A stretch of 62,896 bases of DNA, the filler included, from Globobulimina sp. (taxonomy: Eukaryota), in NCBI GenBank assembly GCA_003354225.1. It is 43 parts of 43 records of this genome, joined end to end, with 100 filler letters (N's around TTAATTAATTAA, not from the genome) between each part and the next. Parts side by side here need not be neighbours in the genome. Positions count along the whole stretch, not along the records: positions 10,263 to 11,628 come from PIVH01017877.1; positions 11,729 to 13,094 come from PIVH01017878.1; positions 13,195 to 14,560 come from PIVH01017879.1; positions 14,661 to 16,026 come from PIVH01017880.1; positions 16,127 to 17,492 come from PIVH01017881.1; positions 17,593 to 18,958 come from PIVH01017882.1; positions 19,059 to 20,424 come from PIVH01017883.1; positions 20,525 to 21,889 come from PIVH01017884.1; 35 more parts are not named here. One strand, 5' to 3'. Below, piece by piece: positions 10,979-22,871 of the stretch. Under the pieces are notes generated by a model, which worked only from the letters and a program-made list of their open reading frames with translations, did no database searches and was not told the DNA's origin. Each line of letters starts with the position of its first letter. Position 1 is the stretch's first letter. The translations under genes and the position numbers were made by a program.

Positions 10979-11628
10979 CTACAGGCCCATGAGTTTTGAA
11001 GTGACCAATTTAGTGCGACTGGATCGGCGAAGGTAACGATCCATACTGTGTTCAGAGCGCCATCTGCCGAACTCTCGAATTGCATTGGGATCAACACCAC
11101 GATCAACCAATGCGGTGGCACCTCCGGATCGAAAGGAATGAAGACCCAAAGTTTCAGGAGGAGCAACGTGGTGACGAGCGGCGCAAGACCGCACTAACGA
11201 TAAGTGATTACTATAAGACATGAGTTTCGAATTGAACTTAGTACCAGACACATTGCGAAAAAGAGATTGAGTAGAGGGAATCAAAATATTACCAATTTCA
11301 CAGTATCGGCGCAATGTGGCAACAGGACACAAAACAGATTGTGTAGCCGCAAGAAAAACATGGTCACCCTTCTTGTGTTGATCAGTTTTGCTCTGACGTA
11401 AAATCAAAAGTACTGAATCATCAGTGAACTCCACATCAGCAGCAGTCAGAGCAATTAACTCAGCCCAACGGAGACATCCAGCGAACATAAGTAATGAAGC
11501 AGTGAAAGTTCGCCAGGGCACCAAAGATAAATCGTCAGAACAATCGGCGGCTAAAGCATTGAGTAGTGTCGGTGACGCAGCAGACTTAGCACCGGCGTTT
11601 TGAGCGAAAAGCCGCTGAGCTCCTTCCA
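10979..11628 (-). mobile_element. Tyrosine recombinase catalytic domain, DIRS/Ngaro (YR retrotransposon)-type, 5'-partial
   Basis: EGAQRL, CLRWAEL (R), SKTDQ (K), LCPV, HSFRSGGAT (HxxR), GRWRS (W), DRY (Y). Confidence 0.9.
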
Positions 11629-11728
11629 NNNNNNNNNNNNNNNNNNNNNNNNNNNNNNNNNNNNNNNNNNNNTTAATTAATTAANNNNNNNNNNNNNNNN
11701 NNNNNNNNNNNNNNNNNNNNNNNNNNNN

Positions 11729-13094
11729 TTGGATTTTTAGTCGGATTTCGTGACGGATTTCTGGTTGGATTTTGGGATGGATTTTTTGACGGGTTTTGTG
11801 TCGGAATTTTTATTGGATTTCGTGTTGGGTTTTGTGTTGGAGCAGATTGTGGTGATGCAGACGTTCCAGTGTATGCTGTTGGCGATGGAGTAGGTAATAT
11901 TGTTGGAAATGGGGTTGGCGACGGAGTTGGTTTTAACGTTTCTGTTCTCCAGGTTGCAGGGAAAGGATTTGGTACGACAACATCTGGTGTGTGCCAATAC
12001 GTTCTACCATTATATGAATATACCGCGGTGCAACCCGGACAACTCGCAGTTACACGATAAGTAAAACCACCAATCACATCCCATATTTTAACATTATCAT
12101 ATTGGAAATAATTTGCTTCACACGAAGCATGATACGAACTGGAATAACATTGCAGATTTACAACCCGTACATACAAATAAGTTCCATCAAAATGCCAAGC
12201 TGGTCCAATTCCGCCCGTTGTGGTCACAAAACCACCACTTAACGTAGCATCTGTACATAATGAATACCAACTTGCTGCATTACTGCAATCAAACGCAGAA
12301 ACATCCCATACATCCTCCGTTGTAGCAGTGACTTCCGCATAGGTCGACTGTGATAAATTCAACGTTGCCGCTGAAGAAGCCCACGTAGAATAAATATCCA
12401 CTGTAAACGTAGCAGTCGATGGATACTTAACAGCCAACACAATAAAGCTAGCCCTCGCTAACTGCATCTGATACGATCCAACTTCAAAATAATCGATTGC
12501 GCCCCAATAAGGCCGCCAGTACCAACCTGTATTAGTTATGCCAGCCACGCCTGGCCAGCCATGCATGGATATATTTTTGCTCTCATCGCCCCATTGTGAT
12601 ACAGTGGCAGTGGTATAGCCAGAAAATTGATCAGTACACGAACAATCACCATAGCCATTGTCTGGCAAAGCACACCAAGCAAATTTGAAATTGTCCGTCA
12701 AAGTCTGGTCACAGCCATTGTCATTCACGCCCGGCTGCACTAGATCTAAATATCCAATTTGCATCGATGGGCGCCATTCGCAGTGATATACATTCCAATC
12801 TACATTCAAACTGCACGCAGTATCGTCCACATTCCACCACGATCTATAACTGCCGATAATGGTTTTTTTATTGGTGCCGCTCACTGAGCCGTCCCAATCA
12901 TAAATGCTATAGATCTGAGAAGCGACGGTTTCATGATAATCGCCGCAATATGCACCACAATGATCGATGCCGATCACCAAAGTTGGATCCACGTTGGTCA
13001 ATGTAATTGCTTTCATTGCATTGATTCCTTGCGGTGTATAATGATCAGAATGGTCCAAATATTCGGTAATATGCGTGGTCGTGGCACCAATATC
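11729..13094 (-). CDS. Large secreted/surface protein fragment (TMEM2/CEMIP/G8-protein-like C-terminal region) with a PT-repeat stalk
   Basis: Open across the whole contig; IYDWDGSVSG...WW..D..C..W..Y.C motif; PTxNP repeats. Confidence 0.5.
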
Positions 13095-13198
13095 NNNNNN
13101 NNNNNNNNNNNNNNNNNNNNNNNNNNNNNNNNNNNNNNTTAATTAATTAANNNNNNNNNNNNNNNNNNNNNNNNNNNNNNNNNNNNNNNNNNNNCATC

Positions 13199-14560
13199 AT
13201 GTCCTCTAAGAAAGGAGGCTCCGCAAACGATGAGCCATCGAAGGAAGCAAAAGAGAAAGCAGAACATTTAAAACGTAGTATCGAGAAAATCAAAGGTCAA
13301 CGATTAAAATATTCACGCGATCGCCGTAAGAGAGCCGCCGAGTTAGAAATGAAATTACAAAACAATGATTATGAGACCGACGACAAGCGAGGGTTACAAA
13401 TCCAACATTTTTTAGATGAAAGCCACAGTTTAAGAGAACAACGTGCCGCCAAACAAAAAATCAAAGCCTCTGATTTTAAGATCATTAAAGTTATCGGCAA
13501 GGGCGCCTTTGGTGAAGTTCGTATCGTTCGCCATAAAGAAAATGGCAGGGTTTTTGCCATGAAAACTATGCTCAAAAAGATGATGATCGCTAAAAACCAA
13601 TTGGGTCATATCGTCGCTGAGCGAGATTTAATGTCTGATGCCGACAATCCATGGCTCGTTAAACTAATGTATGCCTTCCAGGTAATGTAATGTACGCAAA
13701 TTCGCAACATAAGAAGTGACCCCCTCCCTGCCTTGTACATGTACGTAGGACGCCACGTATCTTTATTTAGTGATGGAATATTGCGGTGGCGGAGATTTAA
13801 TGGGCTTATTGATCAAAAAAGACATTCTCTCAGAGTCGCATACTAGGTTTTATATGTCTGAGTTGGCCGCAGCTATCAATTACGTGCATGACCTCGGTTA
13901 CGTACATCGGGACTTAAAACCTGACAACGTGTTGATATCCAATGCGGGGCATATCCGTTTATCTGATTTCGGCTTAGCCAAATCGTTCCAGTCCAGCAAT
14001 GACTCGCAATTAGGAAATTGGCAGCAATTTGTCGCTACGCTCAAAGTGTGTAATACGTTATACATTTTTTTGCGATTTTGCGTATAATCTATAAACAAAA
14101 CAGGCATCGGATATTGAAAAAATGAAGAAAGATGACGCGAAAATATCGGATAAAAAGCGGGGCAAAAATACCAAGAATGGCAAACGCGATAAGGTGGATC
14201 GTAAGAAATTGTATTCCACGGTGGGTACACCGGATTACATTGCGATTGAAGTGTTGTATCAGAAGGGCTATGACAAGAAAGTGGATTGGTGGTCAATGGG
14301 CGTGATAATGTTTGAGTGTTTGGTGGGTTACGCTCCTTTTCATGCCAATGACCCGTTAGCTACATGTCGCAAAATCGTGCGCTATGAGCGGTATTTTAAG
14401 ATTCCGGCTGATATTAAGTTAACTAAACAGGCGGTGGATTTGATGAAGGCGTTGGTCTGTCCCGCTCATCGACGCATTGGTTGGGATAAGATCAGATCGC
14501 ATCCATGGTTTAAAAAGGTACAATGGAACGATTTGAAGGGACATAAACCTCCGTTTGTGC
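13199..14560 (+). CDS. NDR/LATS-family AGC kinase (STK38/Cbk1/Orb6-like), 3'-partial; introns 13682-13748 and 14046-14103
   Basis: MOB-binding N-terminus (ESHSLREQR), IGKGAFGEV, AERD, HRDLKPDN, SDFGL, insert, YSTVGTPDYIA, DWWSMG. Both GT-AG introns keep the frame. Confidence 0.92.
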
Positions 14561-15319
14561 NNNNNNNNNNNNNNNNNNNNNNNNNNNNNNNNNNNNNNNN
14601 NNNNTTAATTAATTAANNNNNNNNNNNNNNNNNNNNNNNNNNNNNNNNNNNNNNNNNNNNTATAATACGCCATAAAATACAGCATCAATCGATGCATTCC
14701 CACTCGTCTCCATAATCTATTTAGAATTGCAGGTTGATCTCAGCTATGCTTCGATCAAATGATACATAAAATAAAGAGACATATCTGCTCCGGGTTGCTC
14801 TCGAGCAAAGCTCTCGACGACCAACTCAATCAACGCATTGTGTTGATAAAAATGTTCGAGTAAAAATGTTTTTTAAACAATTCATCAAAGTCGGTCAATG
14901 CCACTCTGATTTAACTTATCTCGGCATTATTCCCAGTAATTTGGCGAACATTTTATGGATGGTTATTCTCGAACCCTTTGGGTTCTCGAACATTTTATTA
15001 TTGGTCTTATATTATTATTTTGTTTTGTTTTGTTTGATATGAAAATAGTATTCGGCTACGCCTCATACTATTTTCTTATTTTTCGTTTTTATTATACAGT
15101 CAGAAAAAACAAATAAAAAGTTATACAAAATTAAATCCCATAAACACACATAATGTATACAAAACACATAACTAAAATCTGCTTTTTCAAGAAACTATAT
15201 ATTCTGTTTTTTCTCGGATCGTTTATATCTAATGTCCTTCGGTTTCTTGAAAAAGTATCCCTCGGCTTCGCCTCTGCAAATAACTTTTTCAGAAACGTCA
15301 GGGACATTTTATAATAAAC

Positions 15320-15720
15320 CAACAGCAATTAATGAGAGTGTATGGCCCTTATTATGGAGTTTGGGAAAAGTTGTTCAATATCCTCTTTTTGGGCAAACCA
15401 TATCAAATCAAAGAATGTGAGAAATTATTTGACTTAGAAAAGCAAGACTTATTAAATGATTTAAAATCGTTGCCACGCTCTTCTGCCGTACGCAAAGTGA
15501 CGAATTTGTGAAACGAACACGGAGAGCAAAAGTACACGCACTGATATGTGAGACATTGCGCTCAAGATTTGGCATATTTGGCAAAGAAAAGAAACAAAAG
15601 GAACATATGTGCCAATGGGTGATTTTCCAAACTTTGAGATGAGGAAATACAGGCTCTGGATGAGGTTTTACTTTAAGGTCGCGGCGTACCCAAATTATTG
15701 GAACAGATCGAAACAAAGCA
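15320..15720 (+). pseudogene. Decayed EH-domain dynamin-like ATPase (EHD/RME-1) gene
   Basis: Collinear fragments QQLMRVYG / LWSLGKVV / LF..EKQDLL.DLKSLPR...RK / EFVKR.RRAKVHA / FGKEKK / GDFP are separated by 1-nt frameshifts and internal deletions. Confidence 0.8.
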
Positions 15721-16126
15721 AACAAATATATTTGAAATGGTTTACCATCAAATATATCTCATACATTTTAATACACAAAGCAATATTTATAATTAATTTA
15801 TTTGAAAAGACATAAATCCTATACTCTCGTGTATATAGCAACGTTTTTTATTTGTGTAAAAGTGCAAGGATATATTTGTGACATTTTGTGTATTTTTTTG
15901 TGGATGTACCTTAAAAGGGATTTACGACCTTTTGAAAAATAGGTGGACTTATCGAACGGATTGAAAATTTAAGAGCTGTTCGAAAAGGTTTTGAAAAAAT
16001 CAGTACTTATCGGAGAGCCCTATTGTNNNNNNNNNNNNNNNNNNNNNNNNNNNNNNNNNNNNNNNNNNNNTTAATTAATTAANNNNNNNNNNNNNNNNNN
16101 NNNNNNNNNNNNNNNNNNNNNNNNNN

Positions 16127-17219
16127 TTCGTTATATTTTGAACACAAGTATGTAATCCATTTGGCGTTTCAAATATTAGATGTCCTTCTCGCGGCAACAC
16201 ACATAATGTCGATAATGGTAATTTCTCATGCATTGCTATTCCATTTCTAACATCAATATTGTTATCACAGTCACCATGAATAATTAAGATATGGAAAGCA
16301 AATATCTTTGCATATTTATGTAACGTTTCTAAATCATTCATTCCATTGTATACTTTCAACGCTCTCCATTGAGCTTTGGCAATTTGAACATTAGTGGTTG
16401 GCACTTTCATTCCATTTGAAATATATTCATTTATCCTTTTATCTGTTAATGTGTAATCCGGTGATAAATTAAATTCTAAATTTATTCGAAGCTGTTTTCT
16501 AAATTCCGACATGGTTTTACATTTCCGTAATGCTAAATTATTTGCTAAGTATTGTTTACTTAATTCCATATCATAAAAAGGTGTATTCTTTCCCGATGCT
16601 GTACATGTATGCAATAATGAAGAACGGTTCTTGTATATGTCTGTTTTTTCGACAGTAACAATATAATCAAACCTGGAGTGGTGGAACATAAAATTAAATG
16701 TGATATTGTTTGAGGATATGACAAAGCAAATGTTTGGACGATCATACCACCCATAGAATAGCCCAACTGTTTGCCATTTATATGTGTTTGTTTTAGCAAG
16801 CTTGTAATTCAAATTAAAATGTAAAAACAACGGCATACCATATCTATTTTGGGACATTTTAAATATGAGATTAATGTATAAATATCATCCGCCATATCCT
16901 GGACACTGAATTGTAATCTGACTTTGGATGATATTTTGGATTTATTATTTTCAAATATTAATTTACTATGTCCAACTCCACGGTGATCGAATGTGATAAT
17001 AGCTCTATTTTTTGGTAGATTATTAATTAAACTCTCCCATGATAATCCATCTTGAAATTGAGTAAATCCGGGAACTAAAATAAGCGAAGAATTCAATGCA
17101 GTGTCATTTAAAAAATCAGCATTGTAAATTCGATACGCTAAACCTACGAAATGTGCACGAGTTTGAGATGGCTTTTTTACTGCTATTCGTAAATATTGTA
17201 AAGTTGGCAACTTACCCAT
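16127..17219 (-). CDS. Alpha/beta hydrolase, 3'-partial; introns 16767-16838 and 16599-16672
   Basis: LVPGF, FDHRGVGHS, DMADD, nucleophile GYSMGG, HGDCD, EGH. Two GT-AG introns stitch three ORFs in frame. Confidence 0.88.
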
Positions 17220-17832
17220 TTTGACCTGCAATTGATACTTAGAATAGAAAAACTTTCAAGTACAATTAGCTGAGAAACAACGTATTTTTAAAGGAAGTTT
17301 CTGTTAAAGGCATTGTATTAATATGTGTCAAGAAAAAAAAGCACACTAACTTGGTGCAAGGTTATATTTAAACATTTAATTATTAATATAGGTAAAAAAT
17401 GGAAATATCATTTAATAAGTTTTAATGTGAAAGCTTGCGGTTTAAAACCCGACTCACCATATCACCAATATGTGATGCGTTGTGTGAGGATTNNNNNNNN
17501 NNNNNNNNNNNNNNNNNNNNNNNNNNNNNNNNNNNNTTAATTAATTAANNNNNNNNNNNNNNNNNNNNNNNNNNNNNNNNNNNNNNNNNNNNATTGTAAA
17601 ATGTGGCCATACGGTTGAATCAACCAAACCACTTTGAACTAACATTGATGGTTTGTCACTCGGTCCTTTATAATAGTATTTATTGTATTGTTTAATTTGT
17701 TTTTGTACAGTGCTCAAATATCGAGTTTGCCGCATTGTGCTTATGTTTTGCGCAGTGCTCAAACTGTATATGTTGGTGAAAAAAACTTTAAAAAACTTAG
17801 TCTGTCTATATAAAATTATAATATATACGACG

Positions 17833-18958
17833 TCATTGTAAGAATTTTTGAAGGATAACATTCCCAAATAAACAAGCAACAATATAATTGGCACAATAAT
17901 CCACCAAATATGCATTGTTTTTTGTAGCATCCAATATAATATTTATAACAGGACCATAATACTTGAAAATAAAATATTTTTCAAGCTTATCTTTATCATT
18001 TTCATTTAATTCGACATCAAACACCATTAACTCCACAATTGTACCACTGAAATGATGATAGGTTCTTTCTCTGCCAATCCTTTCAAACTGTTTATCATTG
18101 ATATTTTCAGATAGTGATAAAATAGCAATTTTTGTTTGATTCTCCCAAATCTCACAATCTTTGGCTTGCAATTCTTTACTAATCCCATCCAACCGTATTG
18201 TACCAAATTTAAATGCTTTATGCACCCAATTTTGATTACAGATTTTCTTTTTCATCGCTTGATAACTTACTTTATTCTCATTTGTTTTGCTTATTTTGCC
18301 ATCAGACCAATCCGCCAACCACTTTTCTTGCGATTCATTTCTTAAATTATCACCATGGAAACTGAAATGTGCGGCACTTGTAAATATATAAAAGTTATGC
18401 TTCCCGCCACGTCTCTCAATGGTGCCACTATGGCTATTTTCAAAGGAATGACAGCAAACAATGCTACGGATATTCGCAATGGCTGTCGAAAAAATGCCCG
18501 TTTGATTGGTATTAAAAAACATGCCACGTTGTTGTGGCCAATCCGGTGTATAACGAATATTTGGTTTACCACCACCGGCACCAAAATCTGCTGGAACTAA
18601 GTCATTATTTCTATTTATTTTACATTTCCATGAGATTAAATTATTATTTTTATCCAATTTTAATGTACTTTTATCATTCACATCTAACCATAATATCATA
18701 CCATTTTTATTTACATTGACATTATTTTTATTCTTAGTATATGCTGTCGATGACAATGAATATAAATCAATATTATCAAAGCTTCGTGGATCAAATATTG
18801 TATTTGATAATAATTTATCTTTTCCACCAAATTTATCTTCTAATAATTTAATAACATGCTTGACATTGCGGGCTAAGGCCAATTGATATGATATCTGTGC
18901 TTCTTCCACGGAAATATTAAAATTATTTAACAAACATTCGACCATTTCCAGCTGATCT
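17833..18958 (-). CDS. Protein with an ankyrin-like end followed by a LamG/concanavalin-like jelly-roll domain, 5'-partial
   Basis: LEMVECLL..LA...VIKLL; LWLDVNDKSTL..ISWK; F.GTI.E.MVFD.EL...DKLEKY..KY. Confidence 0.5.
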
Positions 18959-19634
18959 NNNNNNNNNNNNNNNNNNNNNNNNNNNNNNNNNNNNNNNNNN
19001 NNTTAATTAATTAANNNNNNNNNNNNNNNNNNNNNNNNNNNNNNNNNNNNNNNNNNNNAAGAAATAACGGGCGCTAATAGAGGAGAAAACAAGACCGTGC
19101 GTTTACGGAAGTTTTAAGTTCAGGCGAAAAAATATCATTTTTTTGTAGGGGTGAGGTGTTTTCTCTTGACAAGGCCCTTTAATGGGTGACCCTTTATCCA
19201 ATGCGTTGGCAGTTAGATAAATATTATGAACAGAATTCCATAATCATCAACTGGAATCCAGATTAATTGAATCCATATCATATGTTAGTTTCGGAAATAA
19301 TCATAAGTCAAAAATTGTTATGATTTGTTGACCGAATCTGCAACCGGACAGTAAATCATTTTTCTGGTTTTATTTGAGAAAATTCTGGTTTTATCTGCAA
19401 ATTTACAAATGTATTTCCTGTAACTTCTCCCACAGTTCCTTGATAATCAAGGCAACATTACTAAAATTTAAAATTTGATTCGAATTTCGTTATTCGATAT
19501 TCGTGCTACGTATTATTATTTTTCATTTGGTGATTTCTTTTGATTCGTACTGATAGGCGAGATGCATTTGCAGTTCTTCGTTTGGTAATTGTATCCGCTT
19601 GAAATAAATTTCGCTTACACTTTTCCCGGTTTTA

Positions 19635-20330
19635 TTAAATGTTTGCTAAGATTAACTGCATTTTATATGGGCCGATATCAATAGTATCAAATTTTTCGAG
19701 TTTGACAAGTTCAGTCACTTTTTTACCGTTTATCTTTGGTTTGGCCATACCATCCACATAACTGAAATAATAACCGTCTGGACGCCTGGTTATGGTTGCT
19801 GCAGTTTGGCCGATGGTTAATCCCTTAATAACAATGTCTGAATCCTTGCTTTTCCCTATTCTAGTCAGTTGTTTTGTCAAAATAACATCTCCCTTACCTT
19901 TGGTCAAAAAAGTCAATACACATGTTTTTTTTCCTTCTCCTTTGGCAAGGACGTTTTTTGCCGTTATATCCTTATGTTTTTCTGTATCCATGACCATAGT
20001 CAAATCCTGATCCATGGTTTTAGTCGGCAGAGATTCCCACTTTTCGTAACTGAACTCCAGTTCATGTTTGCCGATTAATATTACATCCCCCTTTTTCAGT
20101 GTATGTGTTGAAATGAGTTTATTGTTTACACATGTACCATTTCGGCTTTTTAGATCATGTACTACGAAATTCTCTCCCACTGACGATACAGTTGCATGAT
20201 GATTTGAAACCGAAAGATTTTCCACAACGACATCATTTCCCTTGTCACGGCCAATGGTCAATGATTTACCTTTATTAAGATCATAAATATAAATTTTTTT
20301 TTTATTATACGTGAGTGTTAATATTGGCAT
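19635..20330 (-). CDS. Bacterial double-FHA-domain protein (Desulfobacterales-like)
   Basis: FHA motifs TIGR..NDVV..VS.HHA and DLKSRNGT.VN; linker TMVMDT; second degenerate FHA; Shine-Dalgarno AAGGAGA ~12 nt before the ATG at 20330; no intron. Confidence 0.8.
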   Translation of the reverse strand: MPILTLTYNKKKIYIYDLNKGKSLTIGRDKGNDVVVENLSVSNHHATVSSVGENFVVHDLKSRNGTCVNNKLISTHTLKKGDVILIGKHELEFSYEKWESLPTKTMDQDLTMVMDTEKHKDITAKNVLAKGEGKKTCVLTFLTKGKGDVILTKQLTRIGKSKDSDIVIKGLTIGQTAATITRRPDGYYFSYVDGMAKPKINGKKVTELVKLEKFDTIDIGPYKMQLILANI

Positions 20331-20524
20331 GGCAAATAATATCTCCTTTAAGGTTTCATAATCTTGATTATTCTTCTGGTGTAAATGGTTAATTATGGAA
20401 TTTTGACAGTAAATCCTCATTTCGNNNNNNNNNNNNNNNNNNNNNNNNNNNNNNNNNNNNNNNNNNNNTTAATTAATTAANNNNNNNNNNNNNNNNNNNN
20501 NNNNNNNNNNNNNNNNNNNNNNNN

Positions 20525-21699
20525 ATCATTTGGATGTAAATCAGGTGGATAATAAAGGGCAGTCTGCGCTGTTATTAGCTGTTCGAAATAACCGAGCCAG
20601 AGTTGTTCAATTATTAGTAAGCAATGACATCGATGTGAATAAAGCAAGAAATAATGGCAGAACACCGCTGATGTATGCTGTAAAAAACGGATTATTGGAT
20701 ATTGTAAAAATGTTACTCTCATCAAATAATATTAATTTATTGAAAAAAGATTATATTAAAGGTAACAGTGTTTGGTTTTATGTCAAGCAATGTAAAAATC
20801 ATAAAATTAGAAAGAAAATACATTCATTGTTGACATTTTACAAAGTGTGGAAAGCAAAGAAAAAAAGAAAAAGAATATTAAACCAACCAATAATATTATT
20901 TACATTAAATGAAGGCAAAGATAGCGATGATTATAAGGTTAATGGTGAATTTAATGAATATAAGGAATATATGGAGATGGATTTTTATGCCTTAGCTGCC
21001 AAACAAGTTGAAATAAAAAAAAGAGCAAATGATTGGAATACACAATTGGAAGAGATTGAAATTGAGGATAAATTGTTTAATAAATGGTGTATGCAATTAG
21101 AAATCTTGCATATTTGCGCAGAAAGACACGACGATACAATATTCAAAGTATTGTGGCAACATTGGATCTCACCCGAATCGATTCATGTTGCAATTCAAAA
21201 CCATCATCGTCGCAATTTATCGGATGCCATCAATGTATTATCTGTGGAGGAAATTGAAAAACAAAAATATTTATTAAATGAAAAGGATCATTTCCAATCT
21301 CTTAAATGGTATTATTTTTTAGTTATGATATCTCAAAAAGGATGGCCTCGTCTGTTCATACGGTTTATTCAAGAGATTCAGCACAAACACATTATAATAA
21401 ATTGGAAATTTGTACCAAATGATCAAAGAGAAATTGATTTGATGGCAAAACATGGTCACATTGATGAAATGGAGAAATATTTAAAAAAGAATAATGATAA
21501 CAACGACGACAAATCAAAAAACAAATGTTGTTCACTTTCAAATAATTATATTCAACAAAAACATATGAAGTTAATGTTAGAATCAATATTTGAAAATTTT
21601 GGCCAATCTGCTGCAAATAAACCAAAACTAGGCGAATGTTTAAGATTTGTTTTGGCCAAAACAATGTCACAATATCTGTTTAACACTAAATATTGTTAA
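20525..21699 (+). CDS. Ankyrin-repeat protein, 5'-partial
   Basis: DVNQVDNKGQSALLLAV, DVNKARNNGRTPLMYAV..G..DIVKMLL. Confidence 0.8.
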
Positions 21700-21989
21700 T
21701 TGAATCAAATAAATCAATCTTTCATTTCATTTATTGTTGTATTATTGTTTTAATTCAATATTTTTCATTGCCAATATTTTGCATTTTGCTATCATTGTGT
21801 TTTTATATTATTATATTGTTTCATGATCATTCATTGTTAATAATTATTTTGTGTTCTATTGTGTTTGGCGACATTTTATATTCATTTACNNNNNNNNNNN
21901 NNNNNNNNNNNNNNNNNNNNNNNNNNNNNNNNNTTAATTAATTAANNNNNNNNNNNNNNNNNNNNNNNNNNNNNNNNNNNNNNNNNNNN

Positions 21990-22193
21990 CCGGAAAATTT
22001 TGATATTGAACACAGAAATATGTCCAACAGCATCTGTATTGGGAGCAACGCAAAATATAGCAATATATTGATACGACGGCAGTTGGTGCATATAAAATAG
22101 TAAAATTAGTTTATTGATATCACGCGGAATAATTCCTTTGAACTTGTGTCGAATATGCATGTCATGCACATATGCTGATAGCAAAGATTCCAT
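21990..22193 (-). CDS. N-terminus of a hypothetical protein with an L..YV.....IP.DI..L...FY motif, 3'-partial
   Basis: ATG start; the motif resembles N-termini of expanded foraminiferal Kelch/SPRY families (recalled, not searched). Confidence 0.4.
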
Positions 22194-22379
22194 GGTTGTT
22201 AGTCGGAAAACTTTAAATATTTAAATCAATATTATCATGGTTATTTTTTAGCATTGCATTTTCCAATATTATCTTTCTGCAAATGTACATATTATTTAAT
22301 AATTATAGACTTCCATTTCTCTTTGTCTTTGTTCCTGTTATTTGGTTTTTATTTTCTTCAAAACATATTTTATCACAAA

Positions 22380-22775
22380 TTATACAAAACTCACTTTGAA
22401 CTTTTTCCATTTATTTTTCCGTTTCTTGTGGTTTTCCTGTCTGTTATTATAATTATTTTCCATTTCAAAGCATCTTTGTTTCCATTCTTCCAATCTTTGT
22501 AAATAGTCTTTGTAATGTTGAGTTGTTTTGTATTCTTCCAATTTTTTTTGTCGTTCTGTTTTTAATACTGCTGCCTGATCATAATATGGTTTCTTCTCTT
22601 CCTGCGACATTGATTTCCATTTTGCCCCATAAAATTTGGCACGTTCTCCGTTTTTCATTTCCTTGTGGTCCGTGTATGCATTCACAGCCTTTAGCCAGAT
22701 AAAAAAACAGGATAAACTTGCTTTTGGTTTATGCGGATCTTTCGGTTTTTTAGGTTTGCTTTTTTCCGGCGCCAT
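22380..22775 (-). CDS. HMG-box protein
   Basis: KDPHKPKASLSCFFIW, GAKWKSMSQEEKKPYYDQA..K.E. Confidence 0.88.
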   Translation of the reverse strand: MAPEKSKPKKPKDPHKPKASLSCFFIWLKAVNAYTDHKEMKNGERAKFYGAKWKSMSQEEKKPYYDQAAVLKTERQKKLEEYKTTQHYKDYLQRLEEWKQRCFEMENNYNNRQENHKKRKNKWKKFKVSFV

Positions 22776-22871
22776 GATTTTGTTAGAAACGCTATTTTGT
22801 CATCTTTCAAATCAATATTATTCTTCATGACCATGCCCTTTCTTTTCAAACTTTTTGCTGTTTGCTTTTTC

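Noticed and set aside
17593-17735. N-terminus of a mitochondrial acyl-CoA synthetase (YYKGPSDKP)
   Set aside because: The fragment is too short, truncated by the contig end, and carries only a weak motif.
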